From: an uncultured Gemmatimonadales bacterium
GTDB lineage: Bacteria > Gemmatimonadota > Gemmatimonadetes > Gemmatimonadales > Gemmatimonadaceae
Assembly (NCBI GenBank): GCA_963793305.1
Contig: CAWBZV010000005.1
Location: 672,001-736,000 of the forward strand
Direction of reading: 5' to 3'
Length of the DNA: 64,000 nucleotides
Shown here: piece after piece, positions 22,235-30,615 of the stretch
Numbering within the stretch: position 1 is the first letter of the stretch
Layout of the letters: each line of letters starts with the position of its first letter
The notes under the pieces: generated by a model
What the model was told of the DNA's origin: nothing
The model's database searches: none
Seen by the model: the letters and a program-made list of their open reading frames with translations, nothing else
Program-made: the position numbers and the translations under genes

Positions 22235-22960
22235 GTGCCGCTCGAAGTCCGCGAGGTCCCGGACGCAGCCGGTCTCTGTCGCGCCGCTGCCGATCTGATC
22301 GCGACAACGGCCGCCGCGGCAGTCGCCGCGCGCGGCCGTTTCACGCTCGCCCTCTCTGGCGGCAACACGCCACGCGCCCTATACCAATTGCTCGCCAGCG
22401 AATTGGTGACGCGCGTGCCGTGGGCCTCAACGCACCTGTACTTCGGTGATGAACGTTGCGTGCCGCCGGATGACCCGGACAGCAACTATCGCATGGCGTT
22501 CGAGTCGCTCCTATCGAAAGTCCCGGGTCTTGTCGAACGCACGGCCCGCATCGAAGGCGAACGCGAGCCTGCGGAGGCGGCGAAGCGTTACGATGCCGTT
22601 CTGCGCAAAGCGTTCGTCGATGGCACAACGTTCGACATAGCGTTGCTGGGAATAGGCGAAGATGGCCACACGGCGTCGCTCTTCCCGGGGAGTCCGGCGC
22701 TCGACGAGCGCACACGGTGGGCGGTTGCCACCGAGGCGCCGCCCACGATGAAAACGCGCCGTCGTGTCACGCTGACCTATCCGGTGTTCGCCAACACGCG
22801 CATGGTTGTCTTTCTCACAGTGGGGAAAGACAAGCATCGCATTCTCACCGATGTTCTCGCCGAAGCCGGCAACCCGCTCGCGCACTATCCCGCTGCTCGC
22901 ATCACGGCGCGCGAGCAATTGATCTACCTCGCCGATCACGCCGCACTGTCACCGACCTGA
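22235..22960 (+). CDS. pgl: 6-phosphogluconolactonase (start uncertain, 22163 or 22235)
   Basis: ALSGGNTP, FGDERCVPP..SNY, LLGIGEDGHTASLFP. Confidence 0.92.
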   Translation: MPLEVREVPDAAGLCRAAADLIATTAAAAVAARGRFTLALSGGNTPRALYQLLASELVTRVPWASTHLYFGDERCVPPDDPDSNYRMAFESLLSKVPGLVERTARIEGEREPAEAAKRYDAVLRKAFVDGTTFDIALLGIGEDGHTASLFPGSPALDERTRWAVATEAPPTMKTRRRVTLTYPVFANTRMVVFLTVGKDKHRILTDVLAEAGNPLAHYPAARITAREQLIYLADHAALSPT

Positions 22961-22986
22961 CAGGTCGGCTGGCTAACGTTCGCGCC

Positions 22987-23883
22987 ATGAAGAAACTTCT
23001 CGCCTTCCTCGCGCTGCCCGTCGTCGCGTCGGCGCAAACGAGCTTCCTCGTGATCGGCGACTGGGGCCGCGATGGGGCTGGATTCCAGACCGCCGTCGCG
23101 ACGCAGATGGCCGCGGAGGCGGCGAAAATCCACGCGGCGTTCGTCGTCTCCGTCGGCGACAACTTCTACGAAGAAGGCGTGCAGAAGCCGACCGACAATC
23201 AATTCAAAACGTCGTTCGAAGATATCTACAAAGCCCCATCACTCCAGATCCCGTGGTTCGTCGCGATCGGCAATCACGACTATCACGGCAACGTGGACGC
23301 CGAGATCGACTACAGTAAGGTCGACCCGCGCTGGCACATGCCCGCCCGGTATTTCACGGTGCACCAAAAGATCGACGACACAACGTCGCTCGATCTCTTT
23401 TTCTTGGACACCTCGCCGTTCGTCACCCAGTACCGGACCGAGGACAAGTACAAGTCACACGTCGCGGGGATCGATACGAAGGCACAGGTGCATTGGCTGG
23501 ACAGCGCACTCGCGGCATCGACCGCGCAATGGAAGATGGTGATCGGCCACCACCCGATATACTCAGCGAGCCCGAAGCACGGGAACACGCCCGAGCTCAT
23601 CGCCGCCATTAATCCGTTGCTCGTGAAGTACCACGCGCAGGTCTACCTCTGCGGCCACGACCACAACCTGCAGCACCTACACTTGGGGCATATCGACTAC
23701 TTCGTGTCCGGTGGCGGCTCCGAGGCGCGCCAGGCAGGACATGGCGCCCACACATTGTGGAGCGCGACGAGCCCGGGATTTCTGGCGGTCGAGATGAGCG
23801 CCACCACCATGCGCGCCCAGTTCATCAATCAGCGAGGAAGGATCCTCGACTCGACCGCGGTTCGAGCCACGGCCAAACTCTGA
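22987..23883 (+). CDS. Secreted purple-acid-phosphatase-like metallophosphoesterase
   Basis: Signal peptide from ATG 22987; GDWG, GDNFY, GNHD, GHHP, GHDH. Confidence 0.9.
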   Translation: MKKLLAFLALPVVASAQTSFLVIGDWGRDGAGFQTAVATQMAAEAAKIHAAFVVSVGDNFYEEGVQKPTDNQFKTSFEDIYKAPSLQIPWFVAIGNHDYHGNVDAEIDYSKVDPRWHMPARYFTVHQKIDDTTSLDLFFLDTSPFVTQYRTEDKYKSHVAGIDTKAQVHWLDSALAASTAQWKMVIGHHPIYSASPKHGNTPELIAAINPLLVKYHAQVYLCGHDHNLQHLHLGHIDYFVSGGGSEARQAGHGAHTLWSATSPGFLAVEMSATTMRAQFINQRGRILDSTAVRATAKL

Positions 23884-24238
23884 TCGCGTGGTCCAGGGCG
23901 CTGGCGCGCGCCATATCGCGCACCATGTCGCCCGTTGGACTCTCGCACATCTGTCGCACGTCCTTCGCCGCGCGGCACACCGCGACCGTCGCCTCCATTC
24001 GCGTCGACCCGTCCATCCGTCGGGTCTGGACCCGCTCGGCCACCGCGTACGGCGTGGTGCTCGAGTAGAGCACCTCGACCGTCACGGTTTTGATATCCCC
24101 CTCGGTTTCCGCACACGTCGCTTCGGCCGAGCCTAGCTTCCATCCGGTGAACGAGACCGCGGGGCCGTGGTCGTTGACCAGCACCACGTGCGTGGGTGCC
24201 CCAAACAATCGCTCTGCGGCCAGCGTTCGTGTCATCAT
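23825..24238 (-). CDS. Hypothetical protein
   Basis: Fills the gap divergent from dinB; globular-looking composition; start reassigned to ATG 24238. Confidence 0.5.
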   Translation of the reverse strand: MMTRTLAAERLFGAPTHVVLVNDHGPAVSFTGWKLGSAEATCAETEGDIKTVTVEVLYSSTTPYAVAERVQTRRMDGSTRMEATVAVCRAAKDVRQMCESPTGDMVRDMARASALDHAIRVWPWLEPRSSRGSFLAD

Positions 24239-24341
24239 ATTCGGAAGGCCTAAATTGCAAACGCCGGGCCCAACGGTAGAGCCCGTCTTTTCTCGCCCCA
24301 ATACTGGAGTCTGTCGCAAGTGCGCCACAGACTGATCGACG

Positions 24342-25655
24342 ATGCCGCATCGCCGCATCCTACTCGCTGACTGCGACCAGTTTTTCGTCGCGGTCGCTCG
24401 CCTGGCCGACCCCGAAGGGGCGGGCAAAGCGCGCCTTTTGATCGTCGGCGGCACCCGGGAAAGCCGCGGAGTCGTCTGCTCTGCCTCATATGAGGCTCGG
24501 CGCTTCGGCGTCCGGTCGGCCATGCCGATAGCCCGCGCGCTGCGCCTATGTCCAGACGCCGTTTGCGTCCCGGTGCCGCGCAAAGCCTGCATCGAGAAGA
24601 GCCGCGCGGTAGCCGCGGTGCTCCGGCGCTTCTCGCCGATCGTGGAGCCCGCGTCGGTCGATGAGCTCTATTTGGATCTGACCAACACAGAACGCCTGTA
24701 TCGGGATGAACCGCTGGACCAGACCTCGGTCCGTATCCGAAACGCCGTACTCGCCGAGACCGGTCTCTCGGTCTCGATTGGCGGTGGCACGTCGAAGCTC
24801 GTCGCGAAGCTCGCCACCGAGTATGCGAAGCCGCGCCCGGGCACGAGCGCCACGGGTGTCTTCATCGTGCCTCCGGGCGAGGAAGCCGAATTCGTCGCGG
24901 GTCTCGCGCTGGCCGAGCTGCCGGGGGTAGGGCCGCGCTTCCAGGAGCGGCTCGCCGAACACGGCTGGCGCGTGGTGGCCGACGTACTCCCGCTCGACCA
25001 AACCGCACTGACGCGCAACCTCGGCGACCGCGCTGGCGAGTGGCTCTATCAGCGCATTCGCGGGATCGACCCATCAGTCGTCCACGAGCGCGACCACGCC
25101 AAATCGGTGAGTCGCGACGAGACGTTTCCACGCGATCTCAACGACGACGAAGATCTCGAGCGCGAGCTGGTGCGACTGGTCGACCGTGGCGCGGCCGATA
25201 TGCGCGAGTCGGGCCTCGCCGCGCGGACGATCACCGTTAAGCTGCGCGACTACGACCGAACGACGCGCCAGGCGAGCCGCACGCTGCGCGCCCCGGTGAT
25301 CGCCGATCGCGCGATCCTGGCGCTGGCGCACGAGTTGCTCGCGCGACTCCGCGCCGCCCGCCGCGTGCCAGCCCGGCTGATCGGCGTCGCGCTCTCGCAG
25401 TTCGCCGACGTTGCGCAGCTCGATCTGCTCGACGTGAGCGAAGCCGAAGTCGAGGTCGACCGCGATCGTCGCCTGACGCGCGCGGTCGACATCGTGCGCG
25501 AACGATTCGGGAGAACGGCCCTGACGCCCGGCGTGCTCGCCGTCAGTGCTGCGTCAGGGAAAAAACGAATCCCTGGCGCACGAGCTGACGCACACGGCGA
25601 CCGCCGACCAGCGCCGGGTGGTACCGCGTCCCGGCCAGCGCGTCGCGAACGCTGA
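24342..25655 (+). CDS. dinB: DNA polymerase IV (Y family)
   Basis: LADCDQFF, SASYEARRFGVRSAMP, SVDELYLD, KLVAKLA, LPGVG, little-finger TITVKLR. Confidence 0.92.
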   Translation: MPHRRILLADCDQFFVAVARLADPEGAGKARLLIVGGTRESRGVVCSASYEARRFGVRSAMPIARALRLCPDAVCVPVPRKACIEKSRAVAAVLRRFSPIVEPASVDELYLDLTNTERLYRDEPLDQTSVRIRNAVLAETGLSVSIGGGTSKLVAKLATEYAKPRPGTSATGVFIVPPGEEAEFVAGLALAELPGVGPRFQERLAEHGWRVVADVLPLDQTALTRNLGDRAGEWLYQRIRGIDPSVVHERDHAKSVSRDETFPRDLNDDEDLERELVRLVDRGAADMRESGLAARTITVKLRDYDRTTRQASRTLRAPVIADRAILALAHELLARLRAARRVPARLIGVALSQFADVAQLDLLDVSEAEVEVDRDRRLTRAVDIVRERFGRTALTPGVLAVSAASGKKRIPGARADAHGDRRPAPGGTASRPARRER

Positions 25656-26196
25656 CGACGAACGCATCCGCGGCGCTCGACAGGGTGCGCACGGACCCTC
25701 GTTCCACGCGCCCCGTTGTATCGACGACGAACTCCAGCGTGACCTCACCTTCTATCCCCGCCTGGCGCAGCGTTTCGGGATATACCGGCGTGGGTGCGCC
25801 CGGATACGGTGTGACCTGCACTTCGACGACGTCGGCCGAAAGCGGACCCGACGTCGCGGTCTCGTTGCCACCGCCGCTGTTTCGCGACGGACCATCCCAC
25901 ACGTCGACAGCGCTCGCTCCAGTCGGCCTCGTCGGATCTGTGAGCTGGACGTCGACGCCCGGAATCTCGGGCGGCACCGGTCCCTTCGCGTCGGCGGGCA
26001 TGCACATCTCCCGACACGAAGGCCCTGCGCTAGTGAGCGTCGTAGAGTAATGCTCGACGTGATGGACCGGCTCCGTGTAAAACAGGAGCGGCTGCTCTCG
26101 TTGTCTCGGTCGCGCGTTCAACTCACGCGTGCCATAGGGGATCACCAGACCGATCACGAGAACGTGAATCATGATGCTGACGAGTGAGCTCTTCAT
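25543..26196 (-). CDS. Energy transducer TonB
   Basis: N-terminal TM with SxxxH; C-terminal YPETLRQAGIEGEVTLEFVVDTTG..YHPA. Confidence 0.88.
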   Translation of the reverse strand: MKSSLVSIMIHVLVIGLVIPYGTRELNARPRQREQPLLFYTEPVHHVEHYSTTLTSAGPSCREMCMPADAKGPVPPEIPGVDVQLTDPTRPTGASAVDVWDGPSRNSGGGNETATSGPLSADVVEVQVTPYPGAPTPVYPETLRQAGIEGEVTLEFVVDTTGRVERGSVRTLSSAADAFVVSVRDALAGTRYHPALVGGRRVRQLVRQGFVFSLTQH

Positions 26197-26253
26197 GGGC
26201 CGATGGTAGCTTCGCTACCCGGTCACCATCATGATCGTCGCGTGACGATCCGA

Positions 26254-27255
26254 TTAATCGAGCGATCGCAACATGCGCAGCGCCGAGATGCCCTCCGGCG
26301 GCAGTTGATCAAACGTGCATTGCCGCGGCGCCTTGTCCGGTCGCCACCGTCGAAACGTGGTCCCATGTCGAAACCGGCCATCACTGAAGTGATCGTACGT
26401 CACTTCGACGACAAGCGTGGGTTCGAGCGGCTGCCACTCCCCGGTTCGCTCCGTCGCCCACCGACTCGGCCCCCCTGGCGCCCGCCCCGTGAAACCGGGC
26501 GGTTGGACGAGCGGCTCGACTTTCGTGCGCAGCTCCAGTCGTTCACCAGCCTTGAACGACGACGTAAATCCGACGTGATGGAGCAGCCCGTCGTCGTCAT
26601 AGAGCCCGAGCAGCAGCGACCCGATGCCGCCCCCTTTCGCCGCGTAGCGAAATCCGCCGACGACGCAATCGACGGTCCGTATGTTCTTGACCTTCTCCAT
26701 GCCGGTCCTGAGACCGGCCTGATACGGCAGGTTGTGTCGCTTCGCGACCACGCCATCCAACCCAACCTGCTCGCCGCGCAGCCACTGTTGCGCGACATCG
26801 AGCTCTGACGTGATCGGCGAAAGCTTGACGGTGGCCGAATCGGGAAACGCGCGCGGCAGGAATGCCTCGAGCTGGTGTCGTCGCGCCGATAAAGCCGCAT
26901 TGACGTCCGCAAGCAGATCGAAGACGATGTATTGCGCGGGCCACTCCGCCGCCAACTTGCGCACCCGACTCTCGGCGGGATGAATGCGCTGCAGCAGCGC
27001 GTCGAACGACAGTTGTTCTTCGAGCGGCACCACCAGCTCACCGTCGAGCACAAACTGTCTCACCGGCGATGCCAAGAGGGCCTCCGCGATCTCCGGGAAA
27101 TATCGCGTCAACGGTTTCCCGGCTTTCGACATCAGTTCGATGTCCGAGCCGTCGCGAGATGCGAGGCACCGGAACCCGTCCCACTTGGGTTCGTACCACC
27201 ACTCGGGTCCGACCGGAAGCTCGTCGACGAGCTTCGCCTCCATGGGCTCGATCAT
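26254..27255 (-). CDS. ligC: ATP-dependent DNA ligase, LigC type
   Basis: YEPKWDGFR, LDGELVV, FDLL, DGVVAK, VVEVTYDH..RFRHG..RWRPDK. Confidence 0.85.
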   Translation of the reverse strand: MIEPMEAKLVDELPVGPEWWYEPKWDGFRCLASRDGSDIELMSKAGKPLTRYFPEIAEALLASPVRQFVLDGELVVPLEEQLSFDALLQRIHPAESRVRKLAAEWPAQYIVFDLLADVNAALSARRHQLEAFLPRAFPDSATVKLSPITSELDVAQQWLRGEQVGLDGVVAKRHNLPYQAGLRTGMEKVKNIRTVDCVVGGFRYAAKGGGIGSLLLGLYDDDGLLHHVGFTSSFKAGERLELRTKVEPLVQPPGFTGRAPGGPSRWATERTGEWQPLEPTLVVEVTYDHFSDGRFRHGTTFRRWRPDKAPRQCTFDQLPPEGISALRMLRSLD

Positions 27256-28142
27256 AAGACGGTGCGCAGATCGAATCGTCCATGTGCCGCGCGCACCGGT
27301 TCCCAGAGATCGCCGACGGCTTGCACACGCTCAGCCACGTTCGTCAAATCAAAGTCTTCAATCGCGACGCCCGCGGCGAGCTCGTCCCACGACACGGGCG
27401 TCGAGACAGTCGCGCGCTCGGTCGGCCGGACCGAATACACGGATGCCAACGTCCGCCCCCACGCGTTCTGATTGTAGTCGACAAGGACATGCTTCGGCGG
27501 CCGGTGCGCCACGCGGTACTCCGAGGTGAGCAGCCCCGGCTCGAGCTTCGCCATGGAGATCGCGAATCGTTTGGCAAACGTCCAGACCTCTTTCTGATCC
27601 GGGCCCCGAACGATGGGCACGTACACGTGCACGCCTCGCGATCCACTCGTTTTCGCGACACACGGCATACCGAGACCGGTCAGCCCATCGCGCACGAGCA
27701 ACGCGGCTCGCCTCACGTCCTCGAACGTCGCACCCGGCGTCGGATCGAGATCGAAGTGCAGCACGTCCGGCTTGTGCACGTCATCGCACGTGGAATACCA
27801 CGGATTGAGATCGATGCATCCCAAGTTGATCACCCACAAGAGCGCCGCCTCGTCATCGATGACGGGGAAGTCGATCTCGTTGCCGGATCCGTGCCGGATG
27901 CAGCACTGCACGAGCCACTCGGGGTGCGGGGTCGGCGTCCGTTTCATGAAGAACATCTTGCCGGCGATCCCGTTCGGGTACCGCTTCATGACCATGGCGC
28001 GGCCCTGGATATACGGCACGAGCACCGAAGCCACGTCCCCGTAGTACCGCACCAGGTCGCCCTTCGTCAGGCCGAGCGAGGGCCAGAAAATCTTGTCGAG
28101 ATTCGTGAGCCGAACGGTACGGCCACGGATGGTGACCTCCAT
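27252..28142 (-). CDS. Stand-alone LigD-polymerase-type primase-polymerase (Prim-PolC/PolD-like)
   Basis: LTNLDKIFWP, RYPNG, FDLDP, KTSGSRGVHVYVP, DYNQN..RTLASVYSVR. Confidence 0.9.
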   Translation of the reverse strand: MEVTIRGRTVRLTNLDKIFWPSLGLTKGDLVRYYGDVASVLVPYIQGRAMVMKRYPNGIAGKMFFMKRTPTPHPEWLVQCCIRHGSGNEIDFPVIDDEAALLWVINLGCIDLNPWYSTCDDVHKPDVLHFDLDPTPGATFEDVRRAALLVRDGLTGLGMPCVAKTSGSRGVHVYVPIVRGPDQKEVWTFAKRFAISMAKLEPGLLTSEYRVAHRPPKHVLVDYNQNAWGRTLASVYSVRPTERATVSTPVSWDELAAGVAIEDFDLTNVAERVQAVGDLWEPVRAAHGRFDLRTVL

Positions 28143-28152
28143 GAGGCAAATA

Positions 28153-28161
28153 TGCTAAACT
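28153..28161 (+). promoter_or_regulatory. Extended -10 (TGcTAAACT) of a probable leaderless promoter
   Basis: 6 nt upstream of ATG 28168; no SD sequence; 25-bp divergent gap. Confidence 0.6.
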
Positions 28162-28167
28162 GCTGCC

Positions 28168-28776
28168 ATGACAACCATGTGGCACTTCGACATCGCGTGG
28201 CAAGAGAAGGTCGTCCGGACGATCGTGGTGTATGTGTTTCTGCTCATCGGCCTGCGCTTGGCCGGCAAACGGGAGCTCGGTCAGTTCAATCCGTTCGACC
28301 TCGTCGTGCTCCTGCTGCTGTCGAACACGCTGCAAAACGCGATCATCGGCAATGACAACTCCCTCGCCGGCGGTCTCCTGGGAGCGGCCGTCCTGCTGGC
28401 CGTCAATTATACCGTCGTGCGATTCCTGTACCGGCACCCCGCGATCGAGCGTCTCGTCGAGGGCGATCCCGATGTGCTCGTCCGCGACGGCGAAACGATC
28501 CAGCATCGGATGGAGCGCGAGCTGATCACGAAAGATCAGCTCGAGGCTGCCGCCAGGCGACAAGGCATCGACTCACTCGATCGCGTACGGGAGTGCCGTC
28601 TCGAGACCGGCGGCGCGCTCACCTTCATCGAGCGCAAGCCCACGGGCGACGAGGAGCGCCACTCCGAGCTCGTCACGCGGCTGAACGAGCTGGCGGAGCA
28701 GCAGGCGCGGCTCAGTTCGCAGCTGCTCGCGCTGCAGACACAACAGGCGCCGGCTCGCTCGGCGCCGCCGTCGTAA
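28168..28776 (+). CDS. DUF421 (YetF) family membrane protein
   Basis: LRLAGKRELGQFNPFDLV, EGDP.VLVRDG, LETGG. Confidence 0.9.
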   Translation: MTTMWHFDIAWQEKVVRTIVVYVFLLIGLRLAGKRELGQFNPFDLVVLLLLSNTLQNAIIGNDNSLAGGLLGAAVLLAVNYTVVRFLYRHPAIERLVEGDPDVLVRDGETIQHRMERELITKDQLEAAARRQGIDSLDRVRECRLETGGALTFIERKPTGDEERHSELVTRLNELAEQQARLSSQLLALQTQQAPARSAPPS

Positions 28777-29977
28777 GCGGCCCGAGGCGCCGGAGCTCGG
28801 GCCACTTCCACGCCACAGCTGCCACGACGACCATCGTCCCGATGGCGCCCGAGACGACGGACACGACCGGCGTAAAGAGTCGTGCGACCACGCCAGACTC
28901 GAAGCCGCCGAGCTGATTCGAGGTCCCAATAAACAGTGAGTTGATCGCTCCCACCCGTCCCCTCATGTGGTCGGGCGTGAGCAGCGGCACGAGTGTCCCT
29001 CGCACGACGACGCTCACCATATCGAGGCCGCCGAGCAGTACCAACATGCCGAGGGAAAGCAAGAACGATCGCGACAGCCCAAACACGAGGGTCGCTGCCC
29101 CAAATCCGAACACGGCCCAGAGCAATGTCGGCCCGGCCTTCTTGAGCGGCACCCGCGCTAACGCCACCGCCACGATGACCGCGCCAACACTCGGCGCCGC
29201 ATCCATCCACCCGAGTCCTTCGGGTCCGACGTGCAAAATATCCTTTGCATACACTGGCATGAGCGATGTCGCTCCGCCGAGCAATACCGCGAAGAGATCC
29301 AGCGTGATCGTCGCCAAGATGAGCTTCGTGTGCAGAACGTATCGCGCGCCCGCGACGAGCGACTCGAACGTGATTGCCCTCTTCTCGCGATCGACCGGGC
29401 GATAGTGTAACAACACAGCGCACGTAAGAAAAACAAGCGCGCCAGTCGCGCCACACAGGTAGACGAGTGCCGGTAATCGGAACGCCCCGATCATCAGCCC
29501 GCCGATCGCGGGCCCGATGACCGCGGCCAGCTGCCACCCGCCGGAATTCCAGGTCACGGCGTTTGGCAGCACCTCGGATGACACGAGTGACGGCAGTATG
29601 GCGTTCCGGACGGGTTGTTGAAACGCGCGCGCCGCTCCCATGACGAGAAAGCAGGCATAGATCGCGAGCACCGGCGCATGGAACCATGACACGGCCGCGA
29701 GCCCGACCGACGCACTCGCCATGGTCGCCTGCGCGCAGATGAGTACCCACCGCCGATCAACGGTATCCACGATGTGTCCCGCGGGCAGGACGAGCGCGAG
29801 GAGCGGAATGACGCTGACGAGCCCGATGTAGCCGAGGGCCAGGGCGGAGTGAGTGCGCTCGTAGAGCTCCCACCCGACAGCTGTTCCCTGCATCTCGAAT
29901 CCGACCGTGCCGGCGAACGCGCCGAGCCAGAACAACCGGAAGTCACGCGCCCGGAGCGCCGCAAACGGTGAGTGCAC
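28712..29977 (-). CDS. MFS transporter (MFS_3/EntS-like)
   Basis: RDFRLFW, AGHIVD, LDLFAVLLGGA, MRGRV; start reassigned to GTG 29977. Confidence 0.9.
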   Translation of the reverse strand: MHSPFAALRARDFRLFWLGAFAGTVGFEMQGTAVGWELYERTHSALALGYIGLVSVIPLLALVLPAGHIVDTVDRRWVLICAQATMASASVGLAAVSWFHAPVLAIYACFLVMGAARAFQQPVRNAILPSLVSSEVLPNAVTWNSGGWQLAAVIGPAIGGLMIGAFRLPALVYLCGATGALVFLTCAVLLHYRPVDREKRAITFESLVAGARYVLHTKLILATITLDLFAVLLGGATSLMPVYAKDILHVGPEGLGWMDAAPSVGAVIVAVALARVPLKKAGPTLLWAVFGFGAATLVFGLSRSFLLSLGMLVLLGGLDMVSVVVRGTLVPLLTPDHMRGRVGAINSLFIGTSNQLGGFESGVVARLFTPVVSVVSGAIGTMVVVAAVAWKWPELRRLGPLTTAAPSEPAPVVSAARAAAN

Positions 29978-30048
29978 GCTTGGAAATCTGGCGGGGAGTG
30001 AGCCTCGTGTGCTACGATAGCGACATTCCTCCAACGGACGGGACGGCG

Positions 30049-30615
30049 ATGGCGATCTTTCCTGGCGCAAAGGCCATGATCATCCAGCACAACTTCCAGC
30101 CGTGGATGCGGAAGCCGCTCCGCGGGCTCATCATCCACATCGATGGTGGGGCGTGGGTGAACGCGACGAAAACGACCCAGGCGCATTTCGCGCATGGGTC
30201 GATTAACGGCGTTTTCGGCGAATTCAATACTGCCGGCAAGGGGAAGTCAGCGCATTTTGGTGTCGACAAGCAAGGCAACATCAACCAATTCCTCGACACG
30301 TCGAAGAGCGCGTTCGCCGTCGACGGGACGTATGACGGCGTCGACTCGCACTGGGTCAGCGTGGAAAACATCGCGGTCCCTGGTGAGGAGCTGACGGACG
30401 CGCAGATCGAGTCGTGTGCCGACATATTTCGATGGCTGCACCAGACGGAGGGTGTACCATTGCGGCTCGCCGGGCACAGTACCGACAAAGGACTCGCCTA
30501 TCACTCGCTTTTTCTCTCGGAAGAGGGCGCCAAGAGACACCCGTGCCCGACCTTGAAAGTGATCAATCAGCTTCCGGACATCGTGGACGCGGCACTGGCG
30601 TTTTGGGACAGCTGA
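30049..30615 (+). CDS. N-acetylmuramoyl-L-alanine amidase (Amidase_2/PGRP-like), no signal peptide
   Basis: LIIH, SAHFGV..G.I.QF, SVEN, LTDAQ, YH..CP zinc-amidase pattern. Confidence 0.8.
   Translation: MAIFPGAKAMIIQHNFQPWMRKPLRGLIIHIDGGAWVNATKTTQAHFAHGSINGVFGEFNTAGKGKSAHFGVDKQGNINQFLDTSKSAFAVDGTYDGVDSHWVSVENIAVPGEELTDAQIESCADIFRWLHQTEGVPLRLAGHSTDKGLAYHSLFLSEEGAKRHPCPTLKVINQLPDIVDAALAFWDS

Noticed and set aside
26254..28142. Complete NHEJ system
   Set aside because: No Ku and no LigD phosphoesterase domain in the window
30049..30615. Prophage lysis cassette
   Set aside because: No holin, structural genes, integrase or att sites nearby
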